Shown here: one piece after another, positions 13,130-23,971 of the stretch
Layout: each line of letters opens with the position of its first letter
How positions within the stretch are numbered: position 1 is the first letter of the stretch
Assembly (NCBI GenBank): GCA_051362555.1
Contig: CM120649.1
Coordinates: 17,684,567-17,748,566 of the forward strand
Length of the DNA: 64,000 nt
Origin: Lingula anatina
Taxonomy: Eukaryota; Animalia; Brachiopoda
Direction of reading: 5' to 3'
The notes under the pieces: model-generated
Databases searched by the model: none
What the model was told of the DNA's origin: nothing
The model's input: only the letters and a program-made list of their open reading frames with translations
Made by a program: the position numbers and the translations under genes

Positions 13130-15104
13130 GCTTCAAAAGCATCCTTCAACAACCTTAATAATCCACACACCTAAGGATTCAAGGCCCCTGTTACATTCAT
13201 TATGATCTAATTAGAAATATAAAATATTCCAAAAGGCGTCAAATTCCCACCACACGTCACAGTCAAGCAGATAATGGGCTGTTTATATTCATGTGTACAT
13301 GCACAAGTGTGAAGGTCGCATAAAAATGGCCGCCCTTATCTCACGACATCTGACTTTCCGTCAAGTGAAATCTAAAATCTATAATTTCCTGCACTCAAAA
13401 TAAGGACTTGCCCTTGCCCTAACTGTGTCCTCTATCATGATTTTTTTTTTTTTTTTTTTTTGTAACACTCAAGGCTTAGAATGTGTATTATAGCCATTTC
13501 ATAGCATTCACCACCATTTCTAAAACAAACTTCATTTTTTTTTTTTTTTTTTTTTTTGGGGGGGGGCATTTTTATTTAGCCTTATTGTATGAGATAAGTT
13601 TGAAAACAATTTTCTCTAAGAATATCAAAGGGTAAATCTGACATACATCGAGTGGAGAACTGAAGAGACTTTACGTTAGACTATCAGTTCAATTTTACAA
13701 CCGAAATGCCACAAGGTCGATTTAAAGCAGAAGTTTCCTTAAAAACAAACATTCGAACCAGATAATTCAAACCCAAAATATTTACAATTGTTTAAGTGTA
13801 ACATACCTTAAAATAATCCTTAACTGCGCAAACCATGCATGCCCTATATTCCTAGTAGAAGAACTTCAGCAATAATTGTACCACTAACACAGAGATACAT
13901 ATTAGCCCAAAAATTTGCAAATGGGATTGACATATGACTTTCATAGCATTTCATACCAAAATCCACGTTCCTGCTCTTCACTTCTAACAGGAAAAGTTAA
14001 GCCCTGAATATAAATTTTTCAATGACTATTGATAATACCTTGTTTGGGCCCCATACAAAGTTATGTATTTTCTGACAATGAATAATATTTTGTCTCATGC
14101 TGGCGGTTGAGGACACATCTTCAGGTCACTTTTTCTCTTCAATATTTTATGATTGTGGATGATAAAAACATGTTGAAATAGTGCTGATTTTCAAAATACA
14201 TTATCCTGGCCCAATATTTTTTATAAGTTTTACACTGGTGAATAACATCCGAAATATTTCCATGGTTATAATTAAACATTGATTGGGCCACCTATGCTAA
14301 CACAGCTTTTATGGTAATGGATATTAAAAGGAAAACTTCTGGGTGATTTATAACCCATTTTTCTTGACTACAGCCACTGGAAATGCTATTGAAAAAGCAA
14401 TAACTCCTCGTAAATCAAAGAACAATTTGCATATTTGAGCCATTAATGGACTAATAGCCCTCAAAATTGTTTTGCTCTGTTGAAATTAATGCAGGACAAA
14501 CTGGAATGAAAATGTGTTTTTCCCCCATCCATTTTACTGACCTAATTTGAATAATGTGTCACAAAAAAATTATACACTTAACATTTTATTAGATATTTTA
14601 ATCTGCACAGCACAGGCACAGACAGACACAGATATATCTGGAAGTTTGATGTTTCCATTTATTTCCACTGCCGCATCTTAAAAAATTAATCAACTAAAGT
14701 TCAAAATTTTTTTCTGTGTGGGCAGGCACATCAACAAAGCAGGTCAACTGAAATATTTTTCCCTTCCAAATATGATTACTTTTACAAGTGCCCCTATTCA
14801 ATGCATCACCCAGCAAACAATTTCATTATAAAAATCATTCTCTGGTAATGAAACCACTCAGTACTTGCGATGCACATTTTTTTTCTAGGTTTAACTCTAA
14901 AAAGCACATCTCTATCTCTTTTTTTTTTCCATAATATTATTATATGCCTGCTGGTATCGCCATTATTTCCTCTAAAAATAACTTTGAACCAGACTTCCAG
15001 TGCCAGCTGACTTCCTCTGTGCTACACTGCCCATATCGGATCCTTGCTTTTTTAAAACACTCTATTTGTGTACCTAGTAGACAGGTACCCAAACAAAAAT
15101 ACTT

Positions 15105-15540
15105 CCTTGCAACAAGCTAGTCACAAGCTTGTGGCAAGCTAGTTTTACCCTTCGCAAGCTTGTTACAAGCAAGTTGGAAGCTTGCGCATGCTTGCATGAG
15201 GCTAGAAAGGATTTCTGCAAGCTTGCAAGATACTTTTGCAAGTTTGCAGAATTGATCTGCAAGCTTGCGAAATACTCTGCAAGCTTGCAGCGGGCAATGA
15301 AGGCTTTCTGCAAGCTTGCATGATATTTTTGCAGGCTTGCAGAACACTCTGCAAGCTTGCAGTTGGTCAGGGAGGTTTTCTGCAAGCATGCAAGATATTT
15401 TTGCAAGCTTACAGAACACTATTCAAGCTTGTAATTAATAATTAAGCTTGTGATGACACTTTCTGCAAGCTTGCATGAATTTTTGCAAGCTAGGAAATCT
15501 GAACAAGCATCTGGGAATTTTAATTTCTGCAAACTTGGAG
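15105..15540. repeat. Left subterminal repeat array (GCAAGCTTGC core, about 22-bp spacing)
   Basis: Repeated (T)GCAAGCTTGC(A) palindromes separated by variable spacers of about 12 bp. Confidence 0.9.
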
Positions 15541-15610
15541 GTAAAATGTTAATATGATGAGCCTCTAGAAAGAGGTGAAAGTACTAGAGGATCATATATT
15601 CTTTGATTTT

Positions 15611-15612
<2 letters not shown>

Positions 15613-15660
<48 letters not shown>
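15613..15660. repeat. (TA)n microsatellite
   Basis: Directly visible. Confidence 0.97.
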
Positions 15661-15663
<3 letters not shown>

Positions 15664-16804
15664 AGGAAGTTACTGGGCTTTCCTAAAATCTGAACAAATG
15701 GCCGGACGAGATATCTGTAATTTTCAGGGGTTTAATGAAACAGAAACAAAAAGATTGTTACAAAGTTTTACGATGCTTAAAATGTCATTTGAAACGTTAT
15801 GATTTGTGTATAAGGTTTTATCTTAATATTTTCATAGACCAGATAATTTACATATTGCCAGGGATCGTCCTGGGTCAAAATCTGGTTGGGCCATTTTGGC
15901 CCACTTGGTCAAAAAAAGTGGGCCATTTTTAAAAAATGTGTGCCGTGAATTATTTGGCGAAAATTCATTATATTTCAATATTTTTATATGATTAAAAACA
16001 CTTAAAAAAGGCTTGATGCTATTACTCTAGAGTTCTAGATAATTGAAGTGTGTGGAAAAATTTTCCAAATTAACAATTGTACTGTCCAAAAAATCAATCA
16101 TTGTACTGTGCTGAGTAATAGCACTGCATGGAAAGGTTGACAATTCCCATTTTATTGTGAAAAAGAATCCATTGCTCTGAAAATAATTTTTATTTTTCAA
16201 AATATATTTGCATTCTTTTTTAACCTGAAAACAATTAAAGCAATGATCTAAGCTGAGAGAAACCAGTCTTACATATATCTATATTTACATAAAAATCTGG
16301 CAAGCAACTACATAACATTACTAAAATTAGTTGGGATATCGATTAATGTACTTATACATTAAGTATGTGATTATTACACTGCTGCAGGGCTTAACGCTTT
16401 TTCAGGACACCTGTCCGCTCAGGCTTACTGCTGACAAGTCTCACCTGTCCCCCAGCTAATTTTCACTTGCACAGTCCCTCCAACCCCACCTCAAAAAAGT
16501 GCATTTTTTTTCAATATCTAAGCTGGTTCCTTTAGGTGGATATAATATGATGGGCAGTTTTAAATCATGACTGTGCATCCATTGCGCAATTCCCGCATTG
16601 AAAACGATGTTGTCCCTCATTTAGAGACATGCAGTGCCACTAAGGGTGAAAAATTACAAAAAAAGTCTGTTAATAATAATAATAACTAGAGGATCAGAGA
16701 GGCGATACCGCCTCCGAATATTGTACCACCAGCTGGAGCAAGCGCATTCGTATAGACCCCCACATATACAAAATAAGGAACACAATCAAAGTTAAGTTCA
16801 TCGT

Positions 16805-18670
16805 AAGGTAGGTCAAAGGTCAATTCCAAGGTCACAGTAAATTGCCAGTATATGACTTCCTATTCAACTTCAATAGTAACTATGGGCCTATCTCTGCCAG
16901 GTTTGGAGTTAAAAGAGAAAGAAATTAGCAGAGTTCAGTTCATGATAATAAGTAGGTCAAAGGTCAATTTCAAGGTCACACTTAGATTGCCAGTATATAA
17001 CTTCCTATTCAACTTCAATAGTAACTATGGACCTATCTCTGCCAGTTTTGGAGATAAAGGGGAAGCAAAATATGCAAAGTTCAGTTCATGGTGAAAAGTA
17101 GGTCAAAGGTCAATTTTAAGGTCACTTTAAGATTGCCAGTATATGACTTCCTATTCAACTTCAATAGAGACTATGGACCTATCTCTGCCAGTTTTGGAGA
17201 TAAAAGGGAATCAAAATCTGCAAAGTTCAGTTCATGGTGAAAAGTAGGTCAAAGGTCAATTTTAAGGTCACATTTAGATTGCCAGTATATGACTTCCTAT
17301 TCAAGTTCAATAGAGACTATGGACCTATCTCTGCCAGTTTTGGAGATAAAAGGGAAGCAAAATTTGCAAAGTTCAGTTCATGGTGAAAAGAAGGTCAAAG
17401 GTCAATTTTAAGGTCACATTTAGATTGCCAGTATATGACTTCCTATTCAACTTCAATAGAGACTATGGACCTATCTCTGCCAGTTTTGGAGATAAAAGGG
17501 AAGCAAAATATGCAAAGTTCAGTTCATGGTGAAAAGTAGGTCAAAGGTCAATTTTAAGGTCACATTTAGATTGCCAGTATATGACTTCCTATTCAACTTC
17601 AATAGAGACTATGGACCTATCTCTGCCAGTTTTGGAGATAAAAGGGAAGCAAAATTTGCAAAATTCAGTTCATGGTGAAAAGTAGGTCAAAGGTCAATTT
17701 TAAGGTCACATTTAGAGTGCCAGTATATGACTTCCTATTCAACTTCAATAGTAACTATGGACCTATCTCTGCCAGTTTTGGAGATAAAAGGGAAGCAAAA
17801 TTTGCAAAGTTCAGTTCATGGTGAAAAGTAGGTCAAAGGTCAATTTTAAGGTCACATGTAGATTGCCAGTATATGACTTCCTATTCAAGTTCAATAGAGA
17901 CTATGGACCTATCTCTGCCAGTTTTGGAGATAAAAGGGAAGCAAAATTTGCAAAGTTCAGTTCATGGTGAAAAGTAGGTCAAAGGTCAATTTTAATGTCA
18001 CATGTAGATTGCCAGTATATGACTTCCTATTCAAGTTCAATAGAGACTATGGACCTATCTCTGCCAGTTTTGGAGATAAAAGGGAAGCAAAATTTGCAAA
18101 GTTCAGTTCATGGTGAAAAGTAGGTCAAAGGTTAATTTTAAGGTCACATGTAGATTGCCAGTATATGACTTCCTATTCAAGTTCAATAGAGACTATGGAC
18201 CTATCTCTGCCAGTTTTGGAGATAAAAGGGAAGCAAAATTTGCAAAATTCAGTTCATGGTGAAAAGTAGGTCAAAGGTCAATTTTAAGGTCACATTTAGA
18301 TTGCCAGTATATGACTTCCTATTCAACTTCAATAGTAACTATGGACCTATCTCTGCCAGTTTTGGAGATAAAAGGGAAGCAAAATTTGCAAAGTTCAGTT
18401 CATGGTGAAAGGTAGGTCAAAGGTCAATTTTAAGGTCACATTTTGATTGCCAGTATATGACTTCCTATTCAAGTTCAATAGAAACTATGGACCTATCTCT
18501 GCCAGTTTTGGAGATAAAAGGGAAGCAAAATTTGCAAAGTTCAGTTCATGGTGAAAAGTAGGTCAAAGGTCAATTTTAAGGTCACATTTAGATTGCCAGT
18601 ATATGACTTCCTATTCAACTTCAATAGTAACTATGGACCTATCTCTTCCAGTTTTGGAGATATAAGGGAC
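16805..18670. repeat. 146-bp tandem repeat (satellite-like), about 13 copies
   Basis: GGTCAAAGGT recurs at 16811, 16955, 17101, 17247, 17393, 17539, 17685, 17831, 17977, 18123, 18269, 18415, 18561 (period 146, first interval 144); inner copies are near-identical. Confidence 0.97.
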
Positions 18671-19571
18671 TAAATGTTATAATTTTGGAGTTACCATAAT
18701 GTACCATAAATTTCCTACAGAAAAAATTAATTAAAATAAAGAAAAGGTCATTTTGGTCAAAATTCTTGAAATGGGAGGTGCTCTGAAGTTCCAGATGTTC
18801 AAATTTGATGAAATAATGTCATTTTTGACCACAAGTTGTCTGCTTTGCCAAGCCTTATGTTTTATTTTTCCAGAGTTCAAAATTTATTATCCATTACCGT
18901 ACTGCACATTTTGCTTTCACCACCAATATGTACTTTTTGATACAGCGTAACTCGAAAACCGTATGGAATACAAAAAAACGGAGACCACCTCCAGTGTTGG
19001 GCTTAACATGCTCTACAAAATGCAAAAAAGAATGGGTGTCTAGCATTAACGGTTCCCGAATTAGAGACAGTTTTCAGTTTCGATATCTTATGGCCGCTAC
19101 TCCCGTGAAAATGCACCGATTGACCCCAAATTCACAGAGATGAAAGATGACCTGAAGGGTAACACTTTCCATTAATATTATTAGTTAAGTCTGTGTGGTG
19201 TCTGAATAAGACCGCAAATTATTTTTTTTTTCGGCAAAAATTTTGTTTTTTTGAAAATTTTGGCCAGTTTGACCTTGAAATAAAGGTCAAAGGTCAAATC
19301 CAAGGGCATATTTGAAATCTACACATATGACTTTTGGAAAGCTGTCTGTAGAAATTTTTCCCATAATTCCTTCCGTAGGGGAGATAATTAGCATTTAATT
19401 TTGCCATTTTTGGACAAGGGTGCATTGCAATGAGTGCCACACCTAGACCCCAATACCGACAAAGCCCAAATTTTACGTGGAACGAGTTGAGATTATAGGT
19501 GACCCAAATCCAAGAGATGGGTATGGAGGCCCTTACCGTCTAGGAGGAGAAGCGGTAACGAGGACTTGGCG

Positions 19572-19620
19572 GCGGAGCCGCAGGAGCCGGCGGAGCCGCA
19601 GGAGCCGCAGGAGCCGGCGG
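19572..19620. repeat. 9-bp microsatellite (GGAGCCGCA/GGAGCCGGC)n of the Helentron-like element
   Basis: Directly visible; lies near the element 5' end as in DINE-1/HINE elements. Confidence 0.9.
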
Positions 19621-19680
19621 AACATACGGGTCGGGACTAAAACCATGTGTACCGCCAGCGCCTACGCTGGTGGTACAATA

Positions 19681-19731
19681 ATAAGATTCTTATATGGCGC
19701 CTTACATTCTATCTCAAGGCGCCTTACAATA
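19681..19731 (-). mobile_element. 3'-terminal remnant of an L2-like LINE/SINE whose (TTA)n tail was split by the Helentron
   Basis: Minus strand reads TGTAAGGCGCCTTGAGATAGAATGTAAGGCGCCATATAAGAATCTTAT, resembling the TGTAAAGCGCTTTGAG...AAGCGCTATATAA-(TTA)n type 3' end. The rest of the (TAA)n tail lies at 16671-16685, on the other side of the insertion. Confidence 0.5.
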
Positions 19732-19879
19732 ATGGCTAATATACTAAAATCATTAAAATGACTACAATATTTTAATCATAAACTCTTATTGGAAACCATT
19801 TAAAATTTACACTACTAAAAATCAATCTTATTTAAAAAAAAATTTAGTCTGTAAAAAACAGACGAATATTTCTCCTTTT

Positions 19880-20400
19880 CACTTATCGATTACTCAACAT
19901 GCGGCCCGACTGAACTGAGAAGCCATAAGTTTGTTTACCTACCTCGTGTAGTTAGGTGTTCTCAGAGGTCCGCGCGCGGCTTGTTTTCAGTGTTTTGAGC
20001 ATTGCGCGTTTTTCATTGCGTACTTGTTTCAGTTTCGATAAATTTTTGTGAAACGGGTCACATGTCAGCCCTCGCAACATCGCTACGCGCACTTCGAACG
20101 ACATCATTATGTAGGGAGATCTTTATTATGAAAAAAAGTTTCTGCTATATTTGTACGCGCCAAAATGGCGCAGGTTAGAATTTTACTTGCGCCTTTGAGA
20201 AGAGGCTCGCGCATTTGGCGCAATCGCGCGGCCCAGGATTATCCCTGCTCTTTATTACATTACATGTACAGTTCACGGAAGAAATGACCGCAGCGCCACC
20301 TATGGCGCGTAGACAAAGCGCTCGTACGCATGTGCGGAAACGTCGTCTGCTCTAATCCGCTGCATCAAATTCAAACTGCGAGCTCGAGAATACGAAAAAA
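19880..20400 (+). promoter_or_regulatory. CpG-rich island-like region upstream of the transposon-borne ORF
   Basis: Visibly dense CG/CGCG compared with the CpG-poor background; YY1-like AAAATGGCG at 20162; partial CTCF-like CAGCGCCACCTATGG at 20291-20305. Confidence 0.5.
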
Positions 20401-20583
20401 TGGAAGAAAACACCGCGAATCTCTTTTGTTGGTTCGACTGGGATGACAATACAACTTGCGTCAACAGTATAAAAATTATCAAAGAACCGAGAAAAGGCTT
20501 TCTTGAATACAAAAAAGGTGCCGAAGTTGTAGCAAAGCTACCGAAATTTGGACTGTGGAAAGGTGTCATCGTAGAAATTGGCG
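20400..20583 (+). CDS. Exon 1 of a transposon-borne small protein with Tudor/PWWP-like beta-strand motifs
   Basis: AAAATGG start context; MEENTANLFCWFDWDDNTTCVNSIKIIKEPRKGFLEYKKGAEVVAKLPKFGLWKGVIVEIG; ends at a consensus donor G|GTAAGT (GT at 20584-20585, phase 1). Protein-like composition, unlike the other ORFs. Confidence 0.65.
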
Positions 20584-20842
20584 GTAAGTTTTCCTTTGTT
20601 AAACAACATACATTTTTCTAATTTAATCGTCAGTTGAGAATACACCGATATTTTTTAGAAGTATTTTATGAATGAAGTTCAAAGAATTTTTTTTTTCATG
20701 CTGAATTCAGAAACTAGTATTGTCTGTGAGCTTAAAATCGTCATTGAGGTAGAATGTAGGTCTCCTGCAGTCCGTGCCGTCTTGAGAAACTGATAATGTA
20801 ATTTTGTTACTTATTGTTACTTATTGTTGCTTTCCAACACAG

Positions 20843-20880
20843 GTCCCAGAGGGTCCTCTTCGTTGGACTCAATAACTTGA
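20843..20880 (+). CDS. Candidate exon 2 of the same ORF (adds GPRGSSSLDSIT*, total 73 aa)
   Basis: Acceptor TTGTTGCTTTCCAACACAG|GT (AG at 20841-20842); phase-1 reading reaches TGA at 20878-20880. Confidence 0.4.
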
Positions 20881-20889
20881 CTTCCGGTT

Positions 20890-22055
20890 GTTTTCAAGGT
20901 GTGACTTTGAAGTTCCATGGGCCTGAAGACCTTAGCCAGTCACATTTTCTGAATACCTATGATACATATATTTTATCATTAAAAATTGGTAGTCATTATG
21001 CTGTCAAGCATTATGAAATATTGCATCAAAATTGAAGAAAAGCCTATTTTAGGCACTGCCGCCATAGTGACCATTAGAGGAAAACCATGCCACTCACTGT
21101 TCTCAAACTCTCAAACAAGAAAGAAACGTGATTAAAATACAACTTCAGTTGTAAATGCTGTCTGTTTTGGTATATTTTTCTGTAAGCTACACATTTTTAG
21201 TGCAAATTTAATTTCTCACATGTTGGCATTTTCAAGGTGTGATTTTGAATCTCCATGGGCTTGAAGGCCTTTGCTAGTCACATTTTCTGAATATCCATGC
21301 TGCTAATATTTTATTAACAATTGATGGTCATTTTGCTGTTAAGCATTATGTAATATTGCATCAAAATAGAATAAAATGCAATTTTGGGTGCTGCTGCCAT
21401 GATGACCATTATGGGAAAACCATGTTACTTATGATTGTCAAACTTATAAAAAAGAAACACAGGACTAAAATGCAGTCTGAGTTGGTAAAGCAGTCTAATT
21501 GGCTTCTTTTCCTGGAAGTTATACATTTTGATGAAATATTCATTTTTATTGTATTGGCATATTTATTGTGGGTCTCAGAGCTCCCAAGGGCATGAAGCGG
21601 ATTGGTAATCAAATTTTGTACATGTCCATGCTATTTATAGTCAATAATCAAAAATTGGTGATAATTATTTTGTAATTTATTATATAATGTTACATCTTCT
21701 TTTTGCACTGCTACCACAAACATTATGAAGAGAAAACTGTGTTACTTATTATTATTTTTAACTTACAAGAATGATTTTTAGGATTAGCATGCAGCTCAAA
21801 TTAGAAAGCCAACTCAATTGGGTAATATCATTTATTATTGAATTTATGCAATTTTGTGTGAAATTTTAATTTTCCTCATTCTGGCATTTTCAAAGTGTGA
21901 ACGAGAACTCTTGTTGGCCCTGAAGCCTTCTGCTTGTTACATATTTTACTTACATCGGTATTACCTGCTCAGCATAATTAGAATTTGATGTTGAATTTGC
22001 AGTGAAGCATATGTACTTTTGCATCAGAATTTACAGTTACTGAAGCCTATTTTGT
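20890..22055. repeat. Diverged tandem repeat of about 335 bp, about 3.5 copies
   Basis: TTTTCAAGGTGTGA...CCATGGGC.TGAAG...TCACATTTTCTGAATA recurs at about 20891, 21228, 21560 (degenerate) and 21887. Confidence 0.75.
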
Positions 22056-22082
22056 GCATTGTTATTTTTTGCTTTTCTGTAC

Positions 22083-22610
22083 ATTACACTACTTAATAGA
22101 TTTACATGCTTGTATATATTATATTACATTTTTTTTTAAATTTTCCTCATTGTTGGTAGATAAAGGGACACTTGCTTGTAATGTTATCCAGAAATTAATC
22201 ATTACACTACTTAATAGATTTATATGCTTGTATATATATTACATTTTTAAAAAATTTTCCTCATTGTTGGTAGATAAAGGGACACTTGCTTGTTATGTTA
22301 TCCAGAAATGAATTATTACACTACTTAATAGATTTATATGCTTGTATATATATTACATTTTTAAAAAATTTTCCTCATTGTTGGTAGATAAAGGGACACT
22401 GCTTGTTATGTTATCCAGAAATTAATTATTACACTACTTAATAGATGCTTGTATATATATTACATTTTTTTTCAATTTTTGTCATTGATGGTAAATAAAA
22501 GGAACACTTGCTTGTAATATTTTCCAGAAATTAATCACTACACTACTTAATAGATTTGTATGCTTGTATATATCAACTTTTTTTTTTCAATTTTCCTTGT
22601 TGTTAGTAAT
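22083..22610. repeat. AT-rich tandem repeat of about 114 bp, about 4.7 copies
   Basis: A(T/C)TACACTACTTAATAGAT starts at 22083, 22201, 22315, 22428, 22537. Confidence 0.92.
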
Positions 22611-22726
22611 TCAAATTACTATTCATTTTCTGTACAATAATCTACGATAATAGATGAGTGAAACCTCCTACTCAGTAGTTATTTGTGTCAATTTTGTATG
22701 CAGTTAACCTTTAGAAAATAGTTGCA

Positions 22727-23119
22727 GTGTGCTTGCAGTTAAGCTTTGTGCAAGCTTGCAGTTTAGTTTGCCACAAGCTTGCAGTTTGGCTTGCTGCAAG
22801 CTTGCGGTTTGACCTGTCGCAAGCTTGCAGTTTGGTCTGCTGCAAGCTTGTGGTTTTAGCTTGCCGCGAGGTTTCAATTACTAGCTCGTCGCGAGGTTCC
22901 AATTCCGAGCTTGCAAATTAAGCTTGCCGCAAGCTTGCAGTTTGGCTTGCTGCAAGCTTGCGGTTTGGCCTGTCGCAAGCTTGCAGTTTGGCCTGCTGCA
23001 AGCTTGCGGTTTTAGCTTGCCGCGAGGTTTCAATTACTAGCTCGTCGCGAGGTTCCAATTCCGAGCTTGCGAATCAAGCTTGCCGCAAGCTTGCAATAGC
23101 AATGAATTGCAAGCTTGCC
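22727..23119. repeat. Right subterminal repeat array (GCAAGCTTGC core) with a 156-bp higher-order duplication
   Basis: About 23-bp periodic palindromes; GCGAGGTTTCAATTACTAGC at 22866 and 23022. Confidence 0.92.
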
Positions 23120-23971
23120 ATTTTTGTTTGGGTAGTCACAAAATCATCACGAACCTCCCCTCCCTAACCAAATAAAAAAGAAAGCTCCAAAGCTACTCAA
23201 ATATCAACCTTTCCTTGTACATATTTGAGTTTCTGTTCTTTTAACAGATAAAGTTAATCAAAACATCCTGCAAGAGGATACTTGACTAATTTTACATGTT
23301 TTTTCATATCCCTAATAACCATTGTCCTACACTTTTCAATATTCATTTCCATGTTGTGTCATTTTATCCGTTCCTTCGCAGAAAAAATGAGGAAAGCAGC
23401 GTCTACCCTATTTTAAGCAACAAATTTGCCAAATCATCGTTTGGAATGGAAACGTGTCAAACTTTTCATGCTGTGACAAATTACAGATCACAACTCCAGC
23501 ATCCATTTGAAAAAAAAATTATATATTTTTTTCTTGTAGTGTGTTATTTTTCTGAATACCATACAAACTTCAAAAGTATGAAGGATCCCAATACAACCTG
23601 GTTTAATAATGAAATATCCTTCACCACAGAAGTTAAAATGATGCAATTTTATAAGCTTTAATTATAGTTTTTAAGTTTGTGGTACCATAAAAAAAAAACT
23701 GAAAAGTTCCCACGTATGTCATGTTCTGTTTTTTATTTGTTCTAAATATACACCAAATATTACTATTGCCAAAACAAAATTCCTTCACTATCTATAGCTA
23801 TCAGAAGATAGCTGCGATGCAATTTGCTATAGTCCCAGAAAGGCGCCATGTTTTTTTTTTCTGGTCCAATTTAATTATACACTGAATTAATACAATTCAT
23901 CAAATAAATTTATGTGTTGAAGCACGCGGTTTGATTGCCTAGCTTCTTGTGGTGCCAGACACAGTATTCAA

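Larger units (their letters stand above)
16686..19680 (-). mobile_element. Non-autonomous Helentron/Helitron-type element (HINE/DINE-1/pearl-like), structurally complete
   Basis: Minus-strand 5' subTIR TATTGTACCACCAGC (19680-19666) with an adjacent inverted copy forming a hairpin (19648-19677). Then a 9-bp microsatellite, a central tandem array, the inverted 3' subTIR (16719-16733), a GAGGCG-atac-CGCCTC hairpin (16699-16714) and terminal CTAG (16686-16689) followed by TT. No TSD. Confidence 0.88.
15859..20247. mobile_element. Putative hAT-like element delimited by imperfect CAGGG TIRs, nested in the EnSpm-like element
   Basis: CAGGGATCGTCCTGGGTC at 15859 versus reverse complement of 20230-20247, CAGGGATAATCCTGGGCC (15/18 identical). 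No matching 8-bp TSD (CATATTGC vs CTCTTTAT), so the ends may belong to different copies. A further CAGGGCTTAAC end lies at 16385, and its reverse complement GTTAAGCCCTG at about 13995-14005. Confidence 0.45.
15088..23132. mobile_element. Non-autonomous CMC/EnSpm(CACTA)-like DNA transposon, about 8.0 kb including nested insertions
   Basis: Perfect 13-bp TIR CCCAAACAAAAAT (15088-15100) / ATTTTTGTTTGGG (23120-23132), flanked by TA on both sides. Both ends carry arrays of the palindrome GCAAGCTTGC. Short CCC-starting TIRs, a 2-bp TSD and subterminal repeats fit animal EnSpm-type elements. No transposase ORF seen. Confidence 0.8.

Noticed and set aside
15074-15445. Overlapping CKLA/LQAC-repeat ORFs (also 22711-23167)
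   Set aside because: Products of the palindromic GCAAGCTTGC subterminal repeats, open on both strands.
16805-18670. 146-bp array as a CRISPR-like locus
   Set aside because: Whole units are near-identical with no unique spacers, there are no cas genes, the context is eukaryotic, and the array lies within a Helentron-like element.
19477-19761. Arg/Ser-rich protamine-like ORF (RRSRRSRRS)
   Set aside because: Translation of the 9-bp microsatellite in the Helentron-like element; non-ATG start.
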